The notes under the pieces are model-generated. The model saw only the letters and a list, made by a program, of their open reading frames with translations, made no database searches and was not told where the DNA came from. A DNA stretch of 62,320 nucleotides, the filler included, from Basidiobolus ranarum (lineage: Eukaryota): the NCBI GenBank assembly GCA_040143965.1. It is 8 parts of 8 records of this genome, joined end to end, with 100 filler letters (N's around TTAATTAATTAA, not from the genome) between each part and the next. Parts side by side here need not be neighbours in the genome. Positions count along the whole stretch, not along the records: positions 46,854 to 54,541 come from JASJQH010007956.1; positions 54,642 to 62,320 come from JASJQH010007957.1; 6 more parts are not named here. One strand, given 5' to 3'. Shown here one piece after another: positions 51,023 to 62,320 of this stretch. Made by a program: the position numbers and the translations under genes. Within the stretch, counting starts at the first letter, position 1, and each line of letters starts with the position of its first letter.

Positions 51023-51200
51023 CATAGAACTACTTGGATCTTGCTGCTTAATGATGAGTTTTTTTAAATCAAACAGGGTAAGAGTTTGAAATCAGTATTG
51101 AAAAAGGATTTACCATTACATAGGGTTGATTGATATGAGTAAAGTATGAGGAATATTTGTAAAATTAAATGAAGTTAATTACAAGACTGGAGTTTCAGCT

Positions 51201-51848
51201 TTAATAGCAGGCAATATAACTGCCTTCGGAGTTGTGGCACTTAGTTCCTGTTGCACATTGACGCTTTAACCATTTGCCAAATACACATTGATCAAAATCG
51301 TCTCCGTTACAACGATAGTGATTAGCTTCGCAATCATCAGATTGAGGGGTTGGTAAAGCAGTAGATGTTGTTTGCTTGGTACTTGTAGCATTAGTAGAGG
51401 CGGCTGAAGTATGCCCTGAAGTTGATGAATGTTCATTTGATGCAGTAGTTATGATGGTACTATCAGTGGATGAGGTTGGCATGACTTCTGTTAGGCTGTT
51501 TGAATTTGTGGATGTTACGGTGACAGTTACTGTACTATCATATGTTTCGGTAGGGGTGGAATTTATGGGCGGAATGCTGCAAACAGACGACTGGGTTCCC
51601 TCATCAGAGAGAGTCGGGGTAGCAGTTTCAGTAACCACCACCGTGCTATCAACGTCTGTAGGTTCGGAAATTGAGGTGGGAGTTAAAGTTTCAATTAAAG
51701 GGGTACTTGTTTCTTCTGTGGCTGTGACCGTCACCCATACCGTAGAGGTTATGTCAGTATTTTCGCCAACTGCACTGCTGCTTTGTGCCTTGATTAATAT
51801 TGGACTACTAAGAACGAGAACAGTACTGAGAAATTGCTTGAATAACAT
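51201..51848 (-). CDS. Secreted Ser/Thr-rich protein with C-terminal CBM19-like chitin-binding module
   Basis: Signal peptide MLFKQFLSTVLVLSSPILIKA, a mucin-like stalk, and C-terminal CEANHYRCNGDDFDQCVFGKWLKRQCATGTKC...ACY. Confidence 0.82.
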   Translation of the reverse strand: MLFKQFLSTVLVLSSPILIKAQSSSAVGENTDITSTVWVTVTATEETSTPLIETLTPTSISEPTDVDSTVVVTETATPTLSDEGTQSSVCSIPPINSTPTETYDSTVTVTVTSTNSNSLTEVMPTSSTDSTIITTASNEHSSTSGHTSAASTNATSTKQTTSTALPTPQSDDCEANHYRCNGDDFDQCVFGKWLKRQCATGTKCHNSEGSYIACY

Positions 51849-54800
51849 ATTTGGTATCTTTAGTTTTTTGCGGCGAGTGAGAAGGCTAACGCTCCCTTAT
51901 ATGCTCATTATTTTCTCGAACACTCTTCCCTTACTGTTTCAAATCTGGTTCTATCCAAAATCTACCTTGTTTAATTTCTTCACGTCATTCATTACCGATG
52001 AATACCTGATTTAGCAATTTTTATACAAAATGCAGTATACACGCGAAGCGATTGATGAGAATTTGATTGAAGGTTGTGCTTTCTCGGTATTGTAGCGACG
52101 TCAGATTACATTGACTCCTTAAACAAGTATTGCCATCAAAAAACACATTATCGCGCCAATGAATATTCGTCACCCAATTTCATTTATCAGTTTATGGAAG
52201 AACATTACCACCCATTACGCTTGAACCAGATATCCTTCAGTTAAACATTGCAGTCCGATGCTGGAGAATGAAAGTAGCAGCAATGCTTAAGAATGTTGAT
52301 TCAGACTAGCCATCGTAGTCTATTTAGAAATGAATACGAACAGGCAGTAAATGTCTACTTCACCACTAACCAAACGACGTGTATTTATGTAGGTTTAGTT
52401 TAAGAAGTTGCTCATCTAACAATCACCATTGGATTTCAGATCAGGTGCAGCTCTAATGGATTCAGACGTTGTGATTCATATCTGTTGATCAGCGTTCGAT
52501 ATGAAGACTGGACTTGAGGTCACATATCAATATAGACCATTATTTTCCGGTTGAGCCTTGAAATAGTTCGTTGACCCTGCACCTATCCTAAGACCTTACC
52601 TTTGGGCCATCTTGGCGTATTCTAAACCGATCGTGGATGGCAATCTAGCACTTTGCTTAACAAGTACGGTCACTGTAATCCAAATGATGCTTCTGTTATC
52701 AATCCATCATGTGATTTGATTCGTAGAGAGCTGTTGATAGAAAGGACACTAATGCTTTAAGGATATCAAATGTCCATTGTATGCTCAGCATCTCGGTGAC
52801 ATCCATCAGCAGGATTGTACTAACGATTTCTAAAAATATCTACCACTTATAAGTGATCGGAATTGGTTTCTGGCGTTGAGTAAAAATGAATCTATGCTGC
52901 CAACATGGTGAGTGGGGAACCTTTAAATCCGGTAGTGGTTCTTGGGTGACTGGTCGTTCAAGTTCAGATGGAGAATTCGATCAAATAAGGTGTATGTGTG
53001 TGAAGTGATGGTACCTGACTAATCAGATTAACCCCACACTCTTCTAATCTTACAATTTGATCTCTGGACATCAACTCTCAGATAGCATCTTAGCCTTGGA
53101 CATTGACATGCCAAGTCTAGTGAATCTGATTGGCGTATCTTTGTTAATCTTCCAACACGATAAAAAGTTTAATATCTGTGAGGAATATTACATCATAAAT
53201 CATCGGATTTGGAACGGAGTTCATCATGGTCGTTCAATCTGTCAGAAATGCTCAGTCACCAGAGTGACTGAATTATGCAAGCCATCTTATTTCTTTCTTA
53301 TTGGCTCGATCGGGGTAAGAATAAATTAAAAACCAACCAGTCGATTTACGTGATTTTTAATTCACAGCTCAAGCCACGAGAATCTTCGAGCACTGCCGGG
53401 TTCACTGTTGGTAGTTGATTGAAAGTGTATATGATGTTCTTGATGGGGATATTCTTCATAATTTAGTTCACTGCTTTCCTTATGGTATTAATATATGCTA
53501 AGAACATCAAATTTACTTTACAGAATTCACTTCCGACTAGTTTGGAATTTTCCACACACAACTAGCACCATCAGTGCTAAGTAGTGATGCACATTTCTTC
53601 GGTTCGTTAATATGTGGGCGATGATGAGATTTATTATCTTATTTTCTTGGCAAACCTTGACTAGCTCTGTCCATTCATGGCCTCCAAGAAATCGTACTGT
53701 ATCGTATTCTGTGGTATTTCGAACTTTTGGCCAATTTTGGAAGTGGCTTAGGTCAATCCCTGCTCAATCTTTTTTTCGAAAAGCACATGTTTGATTCTTA
53801 GTGGTAGAGAGGAAAACTCTACCATTTAGAAGTTACTTCGTCAAATGATACGGTAGGATTTTAGTTCAGGTTCAAGAGGTAGCCGAGTTTACAGGTCCAG
53901 TCATACTTCAAACACGGGTTACAAATGAAGGTAATGAGGCTCCATATATATCTTCTTTTTCAATCCAAAGTATTCTTCTCCTATAGGAGAGTGACCATGT
54001 GTACCGATGAATTTGACTATACGTTCACTCGGATTGGTAAAAGATAGTGAAAGGATAAAAAATGCAAGGTGAGAGTTGCACTATGGAAGATTCTCCTAAA
54101 TGGACACGTAGGATGTCAGCATAAACGCCAACTGGTGAGAGGTAAGCTATTTCTCCAACTATAAAGCTGGCCTTTTTCGTAGATTGAATTCGTCGTTTCT
54201 TCAACTTCATTCAACTTCTTCTCTAACTTGAACATTGCATTTTATTATTCCAAACCTATTGTCCATTGATCTCAATGTTGCTGAATAAAACTACCATATG
54301 GTATTTAGGGATACTTTCCATCACTTTGCTAGTCCCAGTAAACGCTCAATCTACTGTGAATGATGGTTTTACTTTTGCTACCAACGAACCTAGTCAAGGA
54401 GGAGGTGGTGGTGGAGATGGACAAAATAACGGAAATAAACTTTGGATTAATTATATTACCAATAGTAATTATAGCTGGAACATTAAATCTTAGTTCAATT
54501 ATTGAATCACAAAAAGCTATTTGGTTCTTATTTCCTTTATTNNNNNNNNNNNNNNNNNNNNNNNNNNNNNNNNNNNNNNNNNNNNTTAATTAATTAANNN
54601 NNNNNNNNNNNNNNNNNNNNNNNNNNNNNNNNNNNNNNNNNGGCCGATTATATTCAAATGGGATTGGGCGAGTTTCTCAGAAAGGATTATGCTACCAAGT
54701 ACCATATATGGATTGGAAAGGGTAACTTACCTTATGAGCAAATATTTGCCACAGATAATCATGAGAGAATTTCGAATGGATAAACTACTTTGAGGGTGGT

Positions 54801-56052
54801 ACAAGGGATTAAGTTTGGGATCAGCAAGCAGAATCTTTGTTTTTCGACCTCTCTACATGTAGACTGAGTGTATTCGTGTTCTCCAACTTCGAATTCTATA
54901 TAAGGTGATTAGTAGCGAAATTGGCAATGCTACTATTACAACGCAAGCATGCAACAGCATTATTAATCCAACTGCGCTATTGACCTACATACTGATCTTG
55001 AATATTCGATTTGGAGCAAGCTGAAGCAGTACAGCATTTGCGTTTGTACATAGTAATTAAGTCAATTGTCTAGATCTTTATTTGCTGAGCAAACAGCACA
55101 AAATTTGGGTTGTGGTTTGGCGTAATGCTTTGGTCCTACAGTAGTCACACTGAGAAGCCTGAAGGACTACAGAGATGCCAGTTTTTAGAATAAACCAGTG
55201 AGTAGTAAATAATACATGCCACATAGTTTACTATTTTTGTATGTATGACTTCCAAACTCGGTACTTTACCTGATGGACGATATGGATCAACATATTCTAC
55301 AAATACCACCGTTCGAGAAAAGTAGACGAGATGGACTGATAAGAAGCAGTAAACCTAAAACTGCATGAAACCTCGACCTTTTGGGCGGATGTTTGAATGT
55401 GTAGAGAGTACTTTCTATCGTCGAAAACTTGGTGATTACGAGTTCTAGTTATCTCAGTGCATATCGTACATTTCCCCAGACTGCACATCAAGTAGCTAGT
55501 CCAGACATGGTGACTACCAGAAAATATTTTTGGCGTACGAAGGTTGTAAAAATGCATGAAAATAAAGGGCTCAACGAGTTGAACTGTTGTATCTAAAAAG
55601 GAATTGACTTTACAGATGTCTTGCTCTAACAGATTTGTAACTAGGCGCTTTCATGTGATTAAAATTGCTTCTCCTGATCAGCAAGCTTTCTTTAATAACG
55701 TAGAAACCGGTTAAGTGGTTGAACAATTAAAGATGATTTCACATGCATTTGAGTTTGGAATGCCAAAATGGGATTTAGTTCGCCAACAACTTAACTGGTG
55801 GAAGGGGTGGGATAAGCTATCAACACAAAAGGTAATAATGCAATGGGTAATTAAAAGAATTTATTAACATTCTGATGACAACCACTCGAGAATGAACTAC
55901 CATTACTAGAAATAACTTATGGGAAGAAAACATAGCAGAGGAATATCGATATCAATATCGAGGCACAAAGGGAGGGCTAGTTGATATAAATATCGCTCTT
56001 GGCTTAGAAAGATTCCTTACCAAAATATCTTTTGATATCTTCACTCGTATCC

Positions 56053-57131
56053 ATGAAGCTCATCTCAGCCTTGTCCTTCTTCTCCGTGGCCGTCTCCTTG
56101 GTAGTCGCAGTGCCATTTGTTAAGCGTGGTGGATCTGAAGTCGAAGCAGGAACGAAAGATATGTTAATCCGCCATGGTAACTACGCCGCTGCCACTTACT
56201 GCTTGAAGCCACGAGTGATGAAGTGGGATTGCGGTAGCCGATGCGAAGGAGACGTCAAAGTCACTTCGTATTTTGAAGATTTATTGAGTGGCCTCGCTGG
56301 TTATGTCGGTGTAAACCATAAGGAGAAGAAGATTATTGTAGCATTTAGAGGGTATGATATTGTGTAACGTACCCCACATCCGCAATTCTGTTAATAAGTC
56401 ATTTTTTTGTATTAGAACATCTAATATTCGTAACTGGATTCACGATTTCGATTTCCTACCTTTGGACTTTGTGTATCCCGATTCTGAAAAGAACACCATA
56501 GTTCATGGGGGATTCTTGAAAGCATTCAACAGTGTGTCAGAGGATGTGATTTCTGGACTAAAGAAAGCAATCGATCAACTACCAACCAATCCCGAAGACT
56601 ATGAGCTATTAGTAACTGGACACTCACTTGTAAGATACAATTTCCGCTCTTAGTTCTCTTTTTTGCATGCTAATGATTTGTATAATGTAGGGTGGTGCTG
56701 TTGCAGTCTTAGGTGCTATGGAGATCAAAAACCATCTCTTGAACCCCCAGAGTCCTCGTTGCATCACTTCACCAACAAAGACCATCAACCCATCCAAGAT
56801 TATTATCCATACTTTCGGACAGCCTAGAGTGGGAAATCAAAATTTCGCCAAGCTTGTGTACAAGACCCTTTCTAACTCTACCATAAGTAACAACTTGATC
56901 CGTGTCACTTCCAAGAACGATCCCGTACCTCATCTTCCTCCCGACTCTTTCGGATTTGTTCATTCCCCACACGAAGTATATATTCATTGGTTGACTGGAA
57001 AGACTGTTAGCTGCAATGATGGATCCAGTGCTACAATTAGCGAAGATCAAGATTGCATCCGTTCTTACTTGCCTGTCGATGTTATCTCCCATATGACTTA
57101 CTGGGATCTTAGATTTGGTCCTTGGTGCTAG
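56053..57131 (+). CDS. Secreted class 3 lipase (3 exons)
   Basis: Signal peptide; introns 56352-56415 and 56630-56690 give AFRG|TSN, VHGGF, TGHSL|GGA (nucleophile), TFGQPRVGN, DPVPHLPP and a catalytic His in SHMTYW. Confidence 0.94.
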
Positions 57132-58774
57132 AGTAGCTGGGCATTCAAATATCCAATATATTCAATAAACTAAATCTCACTATAAGTTCATCATTAAGTC
57201 CTTGGTGCCACTCATTAGGATACATACTCTACATCCCGAGTGTTATAAGCATCAACAATCGGAAAATCGTGTGAATAACAGGACAGTTTGAGGAATGATC
57301 GTCTCGGGCATTCTAACCAGTGTTAGGTATGACAGTAACATCACATATATCCGAATATTCCTCTAGTAGATTATCACGCGTCTCCTTGGCCTTAGCGGGA
57401 ATATACTTTACTCCGTCGGATAACTGTGACGTTACACGGCGTGGTTTGGTATGAGCTTAACCAAACTTGGAGCTGTAGAATGCGAAAAATCCCTAATTGA
57501 GGCACCATGCGAAACGGGCAATCTCATTTGGCATCTTGATCCTACCAATAGTTGACATCGATTCGTCATTGCAATTTGAAGGTACAGGTATATACACCAT
57601 CACATTTACATAGTCGTAACATCTGACAATATCGGCTGAAGGCGAAATATACAACATTGCTTTTTGTGCAATAAGTCCAATACTACTGGTGCCTAATATG
57701 GATTTGGAATTCCTCCAGCAAAGTATCAATCCAATGTATACTTCAACAATGACTGTTTAAGGAAATCTCGGGGGCTGTGGTACTGACAAGGGCTCTATGT
57801 TAAATGAGCTACCCCTCTACTTGTCCACACAGCAATCGGCTACTTGCATGAACTTTGATACCCATCGAGCCATCCCTAACTTTTAGTTTAAATGTTGGTA
57901 ATAAATACATCGGTGAAGATGAAGAGTTGTAGTAAAAATCTTTCATTTTGATAAACTTGCCTAACCCTAGAAACACCTTTTCTCCTGGTGAATCTACCAC
58001 TTATTTGGGGTTTTGGTTCATTTATGTAAGATATTAATCCCTTAGCTAATATTGATCTTTCTCTGACCAAGTTCCTCTAGTCAAAAAGAGACGGTATTTC
58101 TTATCCCGAAGGCATTACTATATACCTAATGAATGATTGATTAGTAATCGACAAGACTACCGACTTGGTTTACAAGTGTTCTTAATTTCCAATTTAATAA
58201 CTGGAAAATGTTGACATTGTACCTGTCAAATCGTTGGGCCGCATCTACTAATTCTCTTACCGTGATAAGCCTCATACTTCATGGGACCATGAGAATTGCC
58301 ATATTTATTGGCATATTTTTATATGTAGTTGAGCAGAGGCCACGCCCTTCCAACCTTTTAATGCACAACAGCAGCAAAATCGATGAAGCTATTAAGGAGC
58401 GATCGAATTATTTTCTTCATAGTTTGTGAACTTGTAATTTGTCTATTTTCTACAGCAGTGTTGCTGTGGTTACTTTGTCATACAGTTGATAATATGAGAT
58501 AGCACAAGTGATCTTCATCGCCTCAAAAAGTTGACTCAATATGAGTCAAAAGCTTAAGTTGTCAAAAATTAAGTTCGAGGGTTTAATTACATCATTAACT
58601 AAGGATACTGGCCAAGGAGGAGGAGTTAAACCATGTAAAGTCTATAAAAAAATATAACACAAGCTGTATCTATAATCATGTAATCCACCTGTAGTTCAAA
58701 TATTTCAAATCAGATCCAATCCATAAACCCTGAAAATAAAAGCGGCAAAGTGACGAATGACCGAAATTAATGCT

Positions 58775-60314
58775 TCAACTCCAGACCATCATTCTTCCGC
58801 TTCCATTTGCCGACGCAACAATAGGCATGTTTGGATGGAATGCATTTACAGCAGGGACGGCGGTGATTCTATCAGGGTCTGAGAGGGTATGCAACAGCTT
58901 ACCACTAGTACCAGAATAAATATCAACCCAGCGATTCATATTTCCTACAATAAGGAAAGGGGGAGTCTGGTAGGTGACAGGGCTCCAAACAGGTCTAAAT
59001 AGAGTTAACCACCTAAAGTAGCGTTACATTTTTGTCGACTAAAGTTCAAGAATAGCACATGAATTACCTTCCAGTCCGGTTGTTGTGTGAGATACGAATT
59101 GGTTTATCAAATTTGTCACCTTCGTGCTGGAAAATACGAATCGCATCATCAAAGCATGTGTTGGCGATACGCGACCCATCAGAACTCCAGCATGCAGCAG
59201 TCACCGCTCTTGTATGATCAAATCTGGCTAATGCCTGGTACTCACTATCTTTGTTTTTCTTCATCAGTCTAAGATCCCATACACACATTGATCGATCATT
59301 AGAAGCTGTCAAAAGAATGTCCGGTCTTAAAGGGTTGAGGTGGATTCCACCAATTTTTTTGTCATGAAGTTGATACACGTTCGTCGTTGATTCTCCTTCA
59401 GATTTTTTCACTCTCATATCACATATGATCAGTTCGCCATTGACATTGGAGATGTACACTAACTGATCGTTGTTTGGGTCAATATCCATACAGTTGTTAA
59501 TCAGACTTGTAGAGTTATCATCCATTTTAGCATTATACGCTTCTACAAATTGCTCCTGGTTAATGTCCAGATATTTTACCGTTCCATCGTAAGAAGCGGA
59601 GTATAACCGATGATTGTTTAACGGCGAATACATAACGGTTGAGATGGTGGATGGATGTGCTTTATAATGATGAACAACCGACTCCTCGTTAGAATCTTCC
59701 GAGTTTACATCCCAAATGCCTAAAGTACCGAATTTATCGCCAGCACAAACAAGAATTTTTTCTTTAGAAGGATGGAATGCAGTTGAGTATATCCGCTCAG
59801 GGGTAACTTTTATTGTTGCTTCCTGATGGCGAATACGTAAATTCTGCAACTTGGAGAGTAAGGCCTGTTCGTCACGAGCCTCTATAGCGGTAGTTTTGGC
59901 AGCTCGAGAGCGTGGACTACTCCGGGTTTTCCGAGTTGAATGGTTCTCTTCTTTCAGAGAAGCTAACAAATTAATAAACTCTCGATCTAAAGCTGGATCG
60001 CGAACTTCTTCCACTACTCTCACCTTCTCGACTTTCTCTTCATCCAGCTGAAGTAAAGCCGCTTTAGCCGGTATTCCACGTAATCTTAAAGATTTTCGGG
60101 TTGGTTCTAGATTCACAGATTCCTTTGCTGGAGACTTTTTTATGGGCGTTTCCGCCTTACGTTTCTGAACTGGAGTTCTTAAAGGAGATAAACTTGCGGT
60201 TGGAGCAAAGTTTAAAGATAACAGCAATTCTTGGTTTCGTCTAATGTTCTCTTGTCTTTTTCTTTCATATTCAGTCAAACTATCAGCACTGTTCGAGTTG
60301 GGGCTTTCAGGCAT
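58775..60314 (-). CDS. CMR1: CMR1/WDR76 WD40 DNA-damage-binding protein (2 exons)
   Basis: EYERKRQENIRRNQELL, PTRKSLRLRG, KVTPERIYSTAFHPS, GDKFGTLGIW, HNNRTGR|WLTLFRP across intron 59067-59013, GNMNR, AVPAVNAFHP; TGA at 58775-58777. Confidence 0.92.
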
Positions 60315-61089
60315 TATAACTATTGAGCTACCTAATTCCTTCAAAGTTTAGAACTGTATTTTATTGTGTTTGGTGATATTTTATGATAAGGATGTCTACG
60401 ATTGATTTGTGTAAATAAAACTTGAACTAACCAGTAAGAGTAATTAGCATCATCTACTTATTGCGGCAAAGTGAAAGAAATTATTGCAAATTTAAGCAAT
60501 AATAATGAGTTCCTATGAATCTTTCATCGGATAATTATTAAATCAAGGTTTTTTTATTTGTATTAAGCTTCAACATATCTAGTTACATCAGGAATATCCA
60601 AGTGATGTATGGTAACAAGAGAGCATTTGTCAGACCTTCAGCGTCCCTACTTGATATCGATACAATAATGAACTTGACAATATAAACCAAAAAAGAATTA
60701 AGGATTATATTAATTATGCGCGTACAAAAGAATATCTTGCCTTGATGCCTCAGTATACTTCTATTATCGATTGAACTCGCACGAGGTGTATGTATCGTAT
60801 TGTATGCTTGGTGAGACTGGCGACTACTACGGCGATATGAAAGTATTTACCTATGCCGTATATGCTTAGCTGTTACCAAGATGGTGGTGCACTTATAATT
60901 TGATAAGAACAATATGGGAATATAAGATGGATAGACGAATATTCAAGGTTGTCCAGATAATTGCTAGACACTTTATCTGTCTTTTATAAATAGCTTCTGG
61001 GCTGTTCCCGAAACATGGTCAAACTAAGCCTTAAAGTACTAGGTGATTAGCATAAATATTATGTAGTTTGGGTATAATGGTGAACATTC

Positions 61090-61417
61090 TGTTAAAGCAT
61101 TTGGGAGCCTGTTGGAAGTGGTTTGGAGAATTAGAGAAATTGGTGGTATTCACTTACTGAATTATTGAGTATTCAGTTGACATTTATAGTTTGTCAAGAT
61201 GTAAGCAAACTAACGTGTAGAATGTGTTAAGAAAGGTTTCAGGAACATGTGTGCAAAGTTTGGGGCTTCTAGCACAAGTTTGAAAAATCTATATATCTGA
61301 GAACTTCTAAGTAAATTCCTCATGAGAACAATGGGTAATATCTTAGTGAAGTATAAGATAACTAAGTACTAAGCTATATATGACTATATAGTTGTTTAGG
61401 CAATGCTAATTTCAACA
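61090..61417. mobile_element. Solo LTR (TG...CA) with 5-bp TSD CATTC
   Basis: TGTTAAAG...ATTTCAACA, flanked by CATTC at 61085-61089 and 61418-61422. Confidence 0.93.
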
Positions 61418-62320
61418 CATTCAAGCAAGGACGAGCGTTGCCTCATCTTCACACGTTTGTAGGTTACAAAAAGAAAGATTTTAAGTAGCTTTGATGAAAT
61501 GCATTGCTTGTTGTAATGAACGCTATTTCACGTGGTGAATGTGCTTTGGAATTTTAAATCAAGGAATAGTGGCCCTTCTAGAGTTAGATTTGATCATTAT
61601 TCTCACTATATTCTCGATCATGTTACCTGAACGCTTTATTTATCAAGTAGGTAACAAAAATACTAAAATGACAGTCTAGGAACTATAGATACTCTCTTCA
61701 AATCTTTGAACTTAAGAGTCATATACAAGTAAACATCTATGCAAAGACTCCTTACTCTCGAGACCAGTGAGCCATCTGTCACTCCTCTGTATCTTGATAG
61801 CCATGCCAAGCATCCCAATGCTGATTTGTCCTCAGATGAAGAAACATCGATCCTACTAACCTACCTGAATTGGTTTGCGTGATTATACTCACAAACAGAG
61901 TCAGCGCTTGGTATTATGTTCTAGCTTACGAGGAATCTTAGTTCAGGTTTAAGTAATTTTACTAATGAATATTCATGATTTTAAGGTTTGTTTATAGATT
62001 GGTCAAGCATCTTCAAATGAACTGGAACTGTTTACTATTATTAGAACATATATACAGTACTTGATGAGTCTAATGTTGATTTGGCTCAAGATTGCTAACT
62101 CCAAATGCCACATAATAAATGTAACTTAGTGTGACTGCTAATTCATGGCGTAAATCCTGTTTTTTGGATAGTTTTCAAATTTCAGAGATGATATTTACCA
62201 GTAGACCATATCATTGTCATCACCACCTGTACCAACGGGGAGATGTTTGCAACAAACATAACGACTTTAACAATCTATCCATAATACTATGGGTAAAGGT
62301 GCAGATGTTCTCGTTCTCAT

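Noticed and set aside
51376-52014. 212-aa Val-rich plus-strand ORF
   Set aside because: Antisense mirror of the Thr/Ser-rich secreted protein.
54275-54541. Signal-peptide-like short ORF with a Gly run and an out-of-frame hydrophobic segment
   Set aside because: May be a frameshifted membrane-protein gene, but it is cut by the linker and has no identifiable domain.
57490-58100. Short minus-strand ORFs between the lipase and CMR1
   Set aside because: No motifs and no consistent splice model.

Overview
Eukaryotic, AT-rich fungal DNA with short GT-AG introns. It is not one contiguous locus: eight ~7.7-kb fragments are joined by identical 100-nt N44-TTAATTAATTAA-N44 linkers, so adjacency across linkers means nothing. 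Gene content (ACT-domain phenylalanine hydroxylase, FAM204A-like gene, CBM19 protein, several bacterial-type genes) points to an early-diverging fungus; Basidiobolus-like is a guess. Housekeeping genes: RRP14/SURF6, SEC63, eIF4G, CMR1/WDR76, a class 3 lipase, and partial PTP, RhoGAP and C2H2 genes. There is also a nest of decayed Ty1/copia elements and solo LTRs with TSDs. Best leads: (1) two tandem, intronless CHAP cysteine-amidase genes, one with a signal peptide (candidate horizontally acquired antibacterial peptidoglycan hydrolases; the first is missed by the ORF track); (2) right next to them, a decayed Fanzor/TnpB-like RNA-guided nuclease remnant with a candidate structured omega-RNA; (3) an intronless bacterial-type agmatine deiminase beside an intron-containing A-T-TE NRPS-like pseudogene and a 10-Cys secreted peptide; (4) a hidden MADS-box pseudogene abutting an LTR. 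All family calls come from motif recognition by eye; no searches were run.
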